The notes beneath the pieces were generated by a model. That model saw only the letters and a list, made by a program, of their open reading frames with translations, was not told where the DNA came from and searched no databases. A DNA stretch of 64,000 bases, taken from positions 15,662,550 through 15,726,549 of the forward strand of contig CM082579.2 in NCBI GenBank assembly GCA_040954595.2. Direction: 5' to 3'. Shown here piece after piece: positions 26,201 through 38,631 of the stretch; the stretch's first letter is position 1; every line of letters begins with the position of its first letter. Source of the DNA: Balanoglossus misakiensis. Taxonomy: Eukaryota; Animalia; Hemichordata. The translations under genes were made by a program, and so were the position numbers.

Positions 26201-29200
26201 TTAACTCTTTTCTTCATTTTCGGAAATATAATGGAGCATGAAGTGTCGTTCTCTTGTAAAAAGTGCTGCAAATTCCAGAAAAGGCGGTATAATTTGAATC
26301 ACCCAAGACAAAATTACCATTTTCGACTTTTTTTCGAAAAATTGTCTTTTTTATAAAATAAATAAGAATAAATTCTTTTCTTAGTTTCAAACGGGTAGAG
26401 ATACTTTCCACACGGGTTTTCTAACATTGAATTCCCATTCATCAACTCAGATTTCCTACAGCATAAGTCGGCTAAAACCCTGACACTCTAGAGCAGAAAC
26501 AGTTGCACACTGGTAACGTTGAACATGTCGATTTTTCTACGGCCTGGCTCTGCTAAATCTCCGTCACAATATGACAGACACTAGCGTACGTTAGCAACGG
26601 TGATCAAGTCAGATTTTCTACGGCATGGCTTGGATAAAGCCCCGGCACTCTAGAGCAGAAACACGCGTACAGAGACCACGTTAATCAAGTCTGATCTCCT
26701 ACGGCTTGGCTCGACTAAAACCCTGGCACACTATGACAGACACTAGCGTTCGTTAGCAACGTTGATCAAGACAGATTTCCTACGGCATGGCTTGGCTAAA
26801 GCCCTGGCACTCTAGAGCAGAAACACGCGTACAGAGACCACGTTGATCTACTCACATTTCCTTCGGCCTGGCACGGCTGATGCCCCGGCACTATATATAG
26901 GACACAGACTGGCGTAAGTTAACAACGGTGATCAAGTCGGATTTCCTTCGGCCTGGCTCTGCAAAAGACCCGACACTCTAGTACAAAGACGTTGGCTAAG
27001 TCGGGCAAACCGAACAGGGAAAGTCACAGCGGTTCTACACTTGACATTTGTTCCGGTAGGACTGCATTATTGCCTGTCAATTTATAGAGAAAGCCCGAAT
27101 TTAACCAGGGCGTTTCAAACACCGACATTAGTTGGGGGCACGGCCTGCAGTACTGCCGGGTAAGCTGACATCGGCGTACCGCATATAATGTAGGGGGGGG
27201 GGGGGACAGAACGGTTCAATACTACATTTATTAGATATCAGCTAATTTTGGACAATCATCTAAAATCTAAATCATTTTTTCATATTTGGATATCTGATGA
27301 TGTATGAAATTTCCATTACATGTAAAAATGGTGCTGATTATAAAAAATGCATTCTGATTTAATACAAAATTGCGTTTTATTCGTTTTTACACAAAAAAGG
27401 TCATTTTTAGGCAAAACATTCTTTATTTTTTTAATTCGGTGACCTGATCATATATAAACAATTGCTTGTATGTTAAAAGTTTTTATGACTTTTAAAAGCA
27501 GTGACACTGGCGGCATTCAACACGAAAATAACAATTTTAGCCACAATTTGGTCAAAATGGTAAATTTTTGAAAATTACAAAAAAATACCTGTTTTCTACA
27601 TTTTCGGAAATCTGATGGAGTATAGAATGCTCTTCGTATGTATATATCGATACAAATTCCACAAAAGACCGTCTAATTTGGCTCACTGCAGACAAAATGC
27701 GTTTTACCAAATTTTCCTTGAAAATGTCATTTTTAGAAGAAAAAAAAATAAAAAAACCTTTGTTCTTCGAATTTGGTGCCCTGATCATATATGACATGTT
27801 GATTGTATGTTAAAACTTTCGACCACTCCAAAAATGCAGATATATTGACGGAATTCAAGAAAAAATAGCCATTTTGGCCATATTTTGACTAAAATGGTAA
27901 ATTTTTAAAAAATCATAAAAAAATAACTCTTTTCTTCATTTTCCGAAATATTATGGAGCATGAAGTGTCGTTCTCTTGTAAGAAGTTCAGCAAATTCCAG
28001 AAAAGGCGGTATAATTTGAATCACCCAAGACAAAATTACCATTTTCGACTTTTTTTCGAAAAATTGTCTTTTTTACAAAATAAATAAGAATAAATTCTTT
28101 TCTTAGTTTCAAACGGGTAGAGATACTTTCCACAAGGGTTTTCTAACATTGAATTCCCGTTCATCAACTCAGATTTCCTACAGCATAAGTCGGCTAAAAC
28201 CCTGACACTCTAGAGTAAAAACAGTTGCACACTGGTAACGTTGAACAAGTCGATTTTTCTATGGCCTGGCTCGGCTAAATCTCCGTCACAATATGACAGA
28301 CACTAGCGTACGTTAGCAACGGTGATCAAGTCAGATTTTCTACGGCATGGCTTGGATAAAGCCCCGGCACTCTAGAGCAGAAACACGCGTACAGAGACCA
28401 CGTTGATCAAGTCTGATCTCCTACGGCTTGGCTCGACTAAAACCCCGGCACACTATGACAGACGCTAGCGTTCGTTAGCAACGTTGATCAAGTCAGATTT
28501 CCTACGGCATGGCTTGGCTAAAGCCCTGGCACTCTAGAGCAGAAACACGCGTACAGAGACCACGTTGATCTACTCACATTTCCTTCGGCCTGGCACGGCT
28601 GATGCCCCGGCACTATATATATGACACAGACTGGCGTAAGTTAATAACGGTAATCACGTCGGGTTTCCTACGGCCTGGCTCAGCTGAAGCCCCGGCACTC
28701 TAGAGCAGAAACAGGCTAACATTGACCACGTTGATCAAGTCAGATTTCCTACGGCGTGACTCGGCTGGTGCACCGGCTCTATATGACACAGACTGGCGTA
28801 AGTTATCAACGGTGATTACGTCGGATTTCCTACGGCCTGGTTTAGCTGAAGCCCCGGCACTTTAGAGCGGAAACACGCGTACATTGACCACGATGATCAA
28901 GTCAGATATCCTACGGCCTGGCTCGACTAAAACCCCGGCACACCATGATAGACACTAGCGTTCGTTAGCAACGGTGATCAAATCGGATTTCCTTCGGCCT
29001 GGCTCTGCAAAAGACCCGACACTCTAGTACAAAGACGTTGGCTAAGTCGGGCAAACCGAAGAGGGAAAGTCACAGCGGTTCAACACTTGACATTTGTTCG
29101 GGTAGGACTGCATTATTGCCTGTCAATTTATAGAGAAAGCCCGAAATTAACCAGGGCGTTTCAAACACCGACGTTAGTTGGGGGCACGGTCTGCAGTACT

Positions 29201-32200
29201 GCCGGGTAAGCTGACATCGGCGTACCGCATATAATGTAGGGGGGGGGGGGGGGAACAGAATGGTTCAATACTACATTTATTAGATATCAACTAATTTTGG
29301 ACAATCATCTAAAATCTAAATCATTTTTTCATATTTGGATATCTGATGATGTATGAAATTTCCATTATATGTAAAAATGGTGCTGATTATAAAAAATGCA
29401 TTCTGATTCAATACAAAATTGCGTTTTATTCGTTTTTGCACCAAAAAGGTCATTTTTAGGCAAAACATTCTTTATTTTTTTAATTCGGTGACCTGATCAT
29501 ATATAAACAATTGCTTGTATGTTAAAAGTTTTTATGACTTTTAAAAGCAGTGACACTGGCGGCATTCAACACGAAAATAACAATTGTAGCCACAATTTGG
29601 TCAAAATGGTAAATTTTTGAAAATTACAAAAAATACCTGTTTTCTACATTTTCGGAAATCTGATGGAGTATAGAATGCTCTTCGCATGTATATATCGATA
29701 CAAATTCCACAAAAGACCGTCTAATTTGGCTCACTGCAGACAAAATTGCGTTTTACCAAATTTTCCTTGAAAATGTCATTTTTAGAAAAAAAAATTAAAA
29801 AACCTTTGTTCTTCGAATTTGGTGCCCTGATCATATATGACATGTTGATTATATGTTAAGACTTTCGACCACTCCAAAAATGCAGAGATATTGACGGAAT
29901 TCAAGAAAAAATAGCCATTTTGGCCATATTTTGACAAAAAGGGTAAATTTTAAAAAATCATAAAAAATTAACTCTTTTCTTATTTTTTCGGAAATATTAT
30001 GGAGCATGAAGTGTCGTTCTCTTGTAAAAAGTGCTGCAAATTCCAGAAAAGGCGGTATAATTTAAATCACCCAAGACAAAATTACCATTTTCGACCTGTT
30101 TTCGAAAAATTGTCTTTTTTACAAAATAAATAAGAATAAATTCTTTTCTTAGTTTCAAACGGGTAGAGATACTTTCCACACGGGTTTTCTAACATTGAAT
30201 TCCCCTTCATCAACTCAGATTTCCTACAGCATAAGTCGGCTAAAACCCTGACACTCTAGAGCAGAAACAGTTGCACACTGGTAACGTTGAACAAGTCGAT
30301 TTTTCTACGGCCTCGCTCCGCTAAATGTCCGTCACAATATGACAGACACTAGCGTACGTTAGCAACGGTGATCAAGTCAGATTTTCTACGGCATGGCTTG
30401 GATAAAGCCCCGGCACTCTAGAGCAGAAACACGCGTACAGAGACCACGTTGATGAAGTCTGATCTCCTACGGCTTGGCTCGACTAAAACCCCGGCACACT
30501 ATGACAGACACTAGCGTTCGTTAGCAACGTTGATCAAGTCAGATTTCCTACGGCATGGCTTGGCTAAAGTCCTGGCACTCTAGAGCAGAAACACGCGTAC
30601 AGAGACCACGTTGATCTACTCACATTTCCTTCGGCCTGGCACGGCTGATGCCCCGGCACTATATATAGGACACAGACTGGCGTAAGTTAACAACGGTAAT
30701 CACGTCGGGTTTCCTACGGCCTGGCTCAGCTGAAGCCCCGGCGGTATAGAATGCTCTTCGCATGTATATATCGATACAAATTCCACAAAAGACCGTCTAA
30801 TTTGGCTCACTGCAGACAAAATTGCGTTTTACCAAATTTTCCTTGAAAATGTCATTTTTAGAAAAAAAAATTAAAAAACCTTTGTTCTTCGAATTTGGTG
30901 CCCTGATCATATATGACATGTTGATTGTATGTTAAGACTTTCGACCACTCCAAAAATGCAGAGATATTGACGGAATTCAAGAAAAAATAGCCATTTTGGC
31001 CATATTTTGACAAAAATGGTAAATTTTTAAAAAATCATAAAAAATTAACTCTTTTCTTATTTTTTCGGAAATATTATGGAGCATGAAGTGTCGTTCTCTT
31101 GTAAAAAGTGCTGCAAATTCCAGAAAAGGCGGTATAATTTAAATCACCCAAGACAAAATTACCATTTTCGACTTGTTTTCGAAAAACTGTCTTTTTTACA
31201 AAATAAATAAGAATAAATTCTTTTCTTAGTTTCAAACGGGTAGAGATACTTTCCACACGGGTTTTCTAACATTGAATTCCCGTTCATCAACTCAGATTTC
31301 CTACAGCATAAGTCGGCTAAAACCCTGACACTCTAGAGCAGAAACAGTTGCACACTGGTAACGTTGAACAAGTCGATTTTTCTACGGCCTGGCTCCGCTA
31401 AATGTCCGTCACTATATGACAGACACTAGCGTACGTTAGCAACGGTGATCAAGTCAGATTTTCTACGGCATGGCTTGGATAAAGCCCCGGCACTCTAGAG
31501 CAGAAACACGCGTACAGAGACCACGTTGATCTACTCACATTTCCTTCGGCCTGGCACGGCTGATGCCCCGCACTATATATAGGACACAGACTGGCGTAAG
31601 TTAACAACGGTAATCACGTCGGGTTTCCTACGGCCTGGCTCAGCTGAAGCCCCGGCACTCTAGAGCAGAAAAAGGCGTACATTGACCACGTTGATCAAGT
31701 CAGATTTCCTACGGCGTGACTCGGCTTGTGCACCGGCTCTATATGACACAGACTGGCGTAAGTTATCACTGGTGATTACGTCGGATTTCCTACGGTCTGG
31801 TTTAGCTGAAGCCCCGGCACTTTAGAGCGGAAACACGCGTACATTGACCACGATGATCAAGTCAGATCTCCTACGGCCTGGCTCGACTAAAACCCCGGCA
31901 CACCATGACAGACACTAGCGTTCGTTAGCAACGGCGATCAAGTCGGATTTCCTTCGGCCTGGCTCTGCAAAAGAACTGACACTCTAGTACAAAGACGTTG
32001 GCTAAGTCGGGCAAACCGAAGAGGGTAAGTCACAGCGGGTCAACACTCGACATTTGTTCGGGTAGGACTGCATTATTGCCTGTCAATTTATAGAGAAAGC
32101 CCGAATTTAACCAGGGCGTTCCAAACACCGACGTTACTTGGGGGCACGGCCTGCAGTACTGCCGGGTAAGCTGACATCGGCGTACCGCATATAATGTAGG

Positions 32201-33902
32201 GGGGGGGGGGCAAACAGAACGGTTCAATACTACATTTATTAGATATCAGCTAATTTTGGACAATCATCTAAAATCTAAATCATTTTTTCATATTTGGATA
32301 TCTAATGATGTATGAAATTTCAATTATATGTAAAAAATGGTGCTGATTATAAAAAATGCACTCTGAATGAGCTGATTTAATACAAAATTACGTTTTATTC
32401 GTTTTTGCACCTAAAAGGTCATTTTTAGGCAAAACATTCTTTTTTTTTTAATTCGGTGACCTGATCATATATAAAGAATTGCTTGTATGTTAAAAGTTTT
32501 TATGACTTTTAAAAGCAGTGACACTGGCGGCATTCAACACGAAAATAACAATTTTAGCCACAATTTGGTCAAAACGGTAAATTTTTGAAAATTACAAAAA
32601 ATACCTGTTTTCTACATTTTCGGAAATCTGATGGAGTATAGATTGCTCTTCGTATGTATATATCGATACAAATTCCACAAAAGACCGTCTAATTTGGCTC
32701 ACTGCAGACAAAATTGCGTTTTACCAAATTTTCCTTGAAAATGTCATTTTTAGAAGAAAAAAAAATAAAAAAACCTTTGTTCTTCGAATTTGGTGCCCTG
32801 ATCATATATGACATGTTGATTGTATGTTAAAACTCTCGACCACTCCAAAAATGCAGAGATATTGACGGAATTCAAGAAAAATAGCCATTTTGGCCATATT
32901 TTGACAAAAATGGTAAATTTTTAAAAAATCATAAAAAATTAAATCTTTTCTTCATTTTCGGAAATATTATGGAGCATGAAGTGTCGTTCTCTTGTAAAAA
33001 GTGCTGCAAATTCCAGAAAAGGCGGTATAATTTGAATCACCCAAGACAAAATTACCATTATCGACTTTTTTTCGAAAAATTGTCTTTTTTACAAAATAAA
33101 TAAGAATAAATTCTTTTCTTAGTTTCAAACGGGTAGAGATACTTTTCACACGGGTTTTCTAACATTGAATTCCCGTGCATCAACTCAGATTTCCTACAGC
33201 ATAAGTCGGCTAAAACCCTGACACTCTAGAGCAGAAACAGTTGCACACTGGTAACGTTGAACAAGTCGATTTTTCTACGGCCTGGCTCGGCTAAATCTCC
33301 GTCACAATATGACAGACACTAGCGTACGTTAGCAACGGTGATCAAGTCAGATTTTCTACGGCATGGCTTGGATAAAGCCCCGGCACTCTAGAGCAGAAAC
33401 ACCCGTACAGAGACCACGTTGATCAAGTCTGATCTCCTACGGCTTGGCTCGACTAAAACCCCGGCACACTATGACAGACACTAGCGTTCGTTAGCAACGT
33501 TGATCAAGTCAGATTTCCTACGGCATGGCTTGGCTAAAGCCCTGGCACTCTAGAGCAGAAACACGCGTACAGAGACCACGTTGATCTACTCACATTTCCT
33601 TCGGCCTGGCACGGCTCATGCCCCGGCACTATATATAGGACACAGACTGGCGTAAGTTAACAACGGTAATCACGTCGGGTTTACTACGGCCTGGCTCAGC
33701 TGAAGCCCCGGCATTCTAGAGCAGAAACAGGCGTACCTTGACCACGTTGATCAAGTCAGATTTCCTACGGCGTGACTCGGCTGGTGCACCGGCTCTATAT
33801 GACACAGACTGGCGTAATTTTTTTTTTTTTTTTTTTTATCTTTTATTAAAAAAACTTTCAGTGTTACATTAACATATCAAAAAAAAGAAACCAACCGAAA
33901 AC

Positions 33903-36900
33903 TCACATCATAGATATAATAGCTTCAAAAATTCTTGCACTTTCTGAATTATTGCATATTTCCTTGTATACCTTGTATCTCAATATGAATTCGTATTTTA
34001 CTAGCACCATTAAAGATGCTCTGGTTTCACTTAGCCAGTATTTATGTATACTCCATTTGCAAACTAAAATCAATAAATTTACAATATTTTCTTCAGATTT
34101 CGAAAGCATAACACTTCTAATGCAATTGAAAATTATATGAGCGCTTTGTAAAACAAAATCTTTACAAAAAAGTTGCCGAATTATGCGCTCGATTTTTGCC
34201 CAAAGTGATGTGGCTATAGTACAACGCACGTACTTGTGCTCAAGAGACTCTGGTATCTTACTAAGTTCACAATCCACACTGCTGATCTTATTCCAATAAA
34301 ACAAATACTTATTACATGGCAACAACCTGTGTAAAAGTTTCCATTGAAATTCCCGCAACTTTGTTTCCTTAGTTATTGCGTGTATGTTCTTCCAGACCGT
34401 TTCACTTTCTTTTGTAGTCTGGTTTGGTACCTCCAGCAATGTGTACCATTTGTTAAGTTTATCCACTTTTGGACTCCTTTGTGGAATGTTCGCATAAATG
34501 GCTTTACACGTAACGTTATTGATGGAAATCCAGTGTTTTCCATCCCAAATACCGTATTTACAATTTTTCAAGGATTTGTAGAAAAAGTTAAACTTGCTAC
34601 ACCATTTCAAAATTACATTTCTGTTTCCTTTGATGTTTTCACTTGCACTGTACCACGCATTTAAAACCTTGACGTAAAATTCAGGGATCGCAGACTCTAA
34701 AGCCTTTGGTAGTGATTCCCAGAAAATGTTGTGCTGAATAAGATTACATGACTGAAGGTCATCCATTTGTAAATAATGCCATGGTATAGCAGACCAAGTG
34801 TTGCCTTTACACAAGACCAGTCTCTTGACCCATACTGCATAAAGAGGATCAATTTGCTTGTCTAAGTTGACACATCTGATGCCACCTTTGTCATAATCAC
34901 TCTGAAGTATTACATTGCTTATATTTCGTTTTCTTCTTATAAAACCATCAATTAGCTTTCGAACAACACACTTAATGCCTTCAGGTATTCCAATCACTGA
35001 TGTCAAAAACAAAATCTGTGAAATTGCAAAAACCTTCGTAATCATCACTCTCCCATAAAACGTAAGCCTTCTCCTTTCCCACATTTGTAGCACCTTTTTC
35101 AGTTTATCAATCTTAGGCTCCGAGTTAAGTTTGTTACATTTCTCAGTGTCATAGCCAAAATACACACCAAGCGTTTTGATGGGCTCATTTTTCCATTCAA
35201 CATTTCCCATTTTCTTTTCACTATTTCTGTTTTTTCCAACCCACATTGCCTTCGTTTTCTTGTTGCTCATTTTTAAACCACCACACTGATGAAAATCATC
35301 CATAACTTTAAAAACATTTTCTAATGACCGACCATCCCTTGTAAAAATAGTGGTGTCGTCGGCAAATAATGAAATCTTCGCTGTATTATTACCATATAAG
35401 GGGATCCCGTTGATCTCCCCGTGTTGTCTTATTTTACATGCAAGTACTTCGATCACAAGTAAAAACAATAAAGCCGAGAGGGAACATCCCTGTCGAACAC
35501 CTCTATGTAATGAAAAGTATCCAGAGCACCATCCCTTATAAACAATACAACTAGAAATATTACTATATAAAACTTCAATATAGCGTATAAAGCCTGGACC
35601 AAAATTCATCTTTTTAAGCACGCTATACAAAAATTTCCAATTTACACTGTCAAACGCTTTCTCATAATCTACAAAAAGGATCGCTCCTTCCAAACGCCGC
35701 TTTTTAGTGTAGTCTAGAACATCGGAGATCAGGCGAATGTTTTCTCCAATAAAACGGCCTTTCATATAGCCTGTCTGATCTCTATGGATAATTGTAGGTA
35801 AAACACATTTGAGTCTGTTTGATAATGCCTTAGTGGCAATTTTGTAGTCAATGTTTAAAAGCGACACAGGCCTCCAATTATTCAAGTCATTTTCATCTCC
35901 CTTTTTATACAACAATGTAATAATACCTCTTTTTTGTGTAGCAGAAAGTTCCCCTGACGACCAGGCTTCATTGAGAGATGAAGTGACAAATGTTTTTATT
36001 TCTGACCAAAAGAAAAGAAAAAATTCGACCGAAAGTCCATCACATCCCGGAGACTTGTTAGCTGCCATGGTCTTCAAAGCGCGCAAACATTCCCTTTCCG
36101 TTAAATTACCTTCGCACTGTTCACTTTGTAGAGCTGTTAGTCCTGGTAAACTGCTATTTTCCAAAAAATCGTCAATCGACTGATGGCAACATTTTCGCTG
36201 ATAGATCGTCTCGTAGAATTCTCTTTGTTCCCGCAGAATCTCGTCCGTTTTTGTCACACACTTTCCACTTCTGGTCACCAGCTCCTTAATTTCCTTTTTT
36301 CCTGCATTTCGCTTTTCTAATGATAAAAATACTTGGTATTCCTTTCTCCCTTTTCCACCCACGCTGCACGCGATCTTATCTGCGCACCTTCAGCGAGTAT
36401 GTTGTAAATATTCTCAAGGCGTTGTTTGGTTTCACTGTATTTCCGTATATTTTCATCTGATGGATTCACCAGCATATTTCTTTCATCCGCTTTTAGCTGT
36501 TGCTCAAGCTTCGGTATTTCCTTATTGTGATCTTTTGTTCCATACCTTGTAAATTCCAATGCATATTCTTTAATTTCTTTCTTCATGATGTCCCATTTCA
36601 TCCGATTATTTTCGAATGTCTTCTCACCACACTCTCTGATTACAGATTTGACTCCGTTGACAAAGCCTTCATTTTTTAAAAGCCTATTGTTCAGTTTCCA
36701 TGTACCAGGCCCTCTACAATCTGAAGCGGTCTGCAATTCCACGTAAACAGCCATATGATCTGTGTGTACAGCAGGACGAATATCCGATTTTTTGACATTC
36801 TTGACGAGGTGCTTTGAGATAAAAACATAATCTAGTCGGCTATGAGTCGGTGATGGGGCCAATCTTCGCCAAGTAAACTGCCGTTGCCCAGGGTGGAAAT

Positions 36901-37459
36901 TCCTCCAAACATCAATAAGTTGAAACTGATTACAAAAACTACGTAAGACTCTTCTTGATCCATCATGTGATTGCCGTGATTTCACACTTGACGCTCTGTC
37001 CAAAGTGTCGTTGAGTGCACAATTGAAGTCGCCTGCTATAAAAAGATTTTCGTAATAGCAGTGCGTGTCAACCAGGCCAGCTAGATCTTTCAAGAATTCC
37101 GTTCTTTGTTTCACGAGATTCGGGGCATAAACACTACAAATTGAAAGCTTAACACCTACAAGGCTACCGTTTATTATGCAAATTCTTCCGAAGTCGTCAT
37201 TCCACACGGAATCAATGGTGAGGTCACATCTGCGCTCAATCAATATTGCCGTTCCTCTGCTATAATTGTCACCTTTCGAGAAGAATACTTTCCCTCCCCA
37301 TTCTTTCTCCCAAGTGTCAATGTCTGTTCCATTTCCATGCAACTCTTGTAAAATCGCGATACTCGTTTTTTGGAGTTTTAGCCAGCGATATATACAGTTC
37401 CTTTTCGTTTTGTCTTTGAAACCCCTGACATTCAGGGTAACTAACTTCAGCGCTGCCAT
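33903..37459 (-). CDS. Tx1 ORF2p: APE endonuclease, reverse transcriptase and C-terminal zf-RVT region; one frameshift at ~36325
   Basis: EN motifs TLNVRG, LQE, VYAPN, GDFN, SRLDY, TDH. RT motifs KSPGCDG, NWRPVSLLN, DYEKAFDSV, GVRQGC, FADD. The two ORF-track ORFs join as EKGERNTKYF/LSLEKRN. Confidence 0.9.
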
Positions 37460-38631
37460 CAGTAGCCTTTGATTCTGACTTGCTGCTGCTGCTTTCGACT
37501 TCTTTTACGTTTTTTCTTATTTTCTTTGCTTTGGGTCAATGACAACAGTGGTGGCGATTCAGCAGACAATTCAGAGAAATTTTCTCTTGATGTGTCATAA
37601 CGCCGGTCCTCGCCACCTTCAATATCCGTTACATCACCTTCACTGACACTAGTATCGTTTTGTCTATCGTCTCTGTTCTCTTTTAAGAACGCTAAAATTG
37701 AGCTTTGTGATTTAACGCTCGAGCTCGAGGGCTCAGGTGCTTTGTTTGCCAGACTTTGCGGTTTCTCAACACGGTCTTCGTCCCCCGTTTCACGCCTGGA
37801 TGTTCCTTGTAACGGTGTGCTGTCACTTTCTAGTCTCGATACCGCATCGGCAGGATTCGTAGACCTTTTCTGCATTGTGTATTTGGTGGACTGAGACGTT
37901 AATTCTTCGTGTACCTGAGAAGTCATACAATTTCTTGCAATATGCCCCTCTCTTTTACAGAGTCTGCATTTGATTTGTCCAGTGCAATTGTACGCAGTAT
38001 GTCCCTCCTCTAAGCATTTGCCGCATCGTGGCTGCGTCTCCGCTGTGGATTGCTTATAAATAATCTTCGCGTAAAATGCACCGATCTTAACCTGAGCTGG
38101 TAATGGTGTCTTTGGTTTTTCGATGAACACAGTTCGATCCCCATTAAGAATGTTTGTCAACTTGCCTTCTAACCTCCATTTCTGTCTGGATATATCTGTT
38201 TTGAGCTTACAGCCCAAACCAGTAAGTGTAGCGGCAATAGCATCATCATCGTGTGACAATGGTAGATCTTTTATCGTTAATCTTAACCAATCTTCATGAA
38301 ACTCTCTTCGGAAGGGATTTCGCCCCCACAGCTCTATCGACTTCCCGCGTAGTGTGAGTCCATGTTGTAACAAAATTGTCCGGTCTGCTTCGTCATTCAT
38401 ATAAATACGCCACAGACCTCTTATCCGTTGCAACCCTTCCAAGCTGCCGATGGTGACAACTTCTGAAACGGCTGCTATAATTTCCTCACCTCTTAGCCAT
38501 TGATTACTGTCCCTGGGAACTATGTCCGACTGCTTCAGAAAGACGGGTAGAACTCCTACTTCACCGTCTTTGTCTTGCAGGCGTTTGGTCGTCACCACCT
38601 GCGCATAACTGGCTTTGTCTCTGACGGCCAT
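37459..38631 (-). CDS. Tx1 ORF1p, nucleic-acid-binding protein with two CCHC zinc knuckles
   Basis: CGKCLEEGHTAYNC and CRLCKREGHIARNC; basic C-terminus; 390 aa intact. Confidence 0.9.
   Translation of the reverse strand: MAVRDKASYAQVVTTKRLQDKDGEVGVLPVFLKQSDIVPRDSNQWLRGEEIIAAVSEVVTIGSLEGLQRIRGLWRIYMNDEADRTILLQHGLTLRGKSIELWGRNPFRREFHEDWLRLTIKDLPLSHDDDAIAATLTGLGCKLKTDISRQKWRLEGKLTNILNGDRTVFIEKPKTPLPAQVKIGAFYAKIIYKQSTAETQPRCGKCLEEGHTAYNCTGQIKCRLCKREGHIARNCMTSQVHEELTSQSTKYTMQKRSTNPADAVSRLESDSTPLQGTSRRETGDEDRVEKPQSLANKAPEPSSSSVKSQSSILAFLKENRDDRQNDTSVSEGDVTDIEGGEDRRYDTSRENFSELSAESPPLLSLTQSKENKKKRKRSRKQQQQVRIKGY

Noticed and set aside
315-33149. Numerous 60-135 aa ORFs in the satellite and HINE repeats
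   Set aside because: They recur only because the DNA repeats; variable stops and frameshifts; no domain motifs.
33952-37472. + strand ORFs within the Tx1 element
   Set aside because: Antisense shadows of ORF2.
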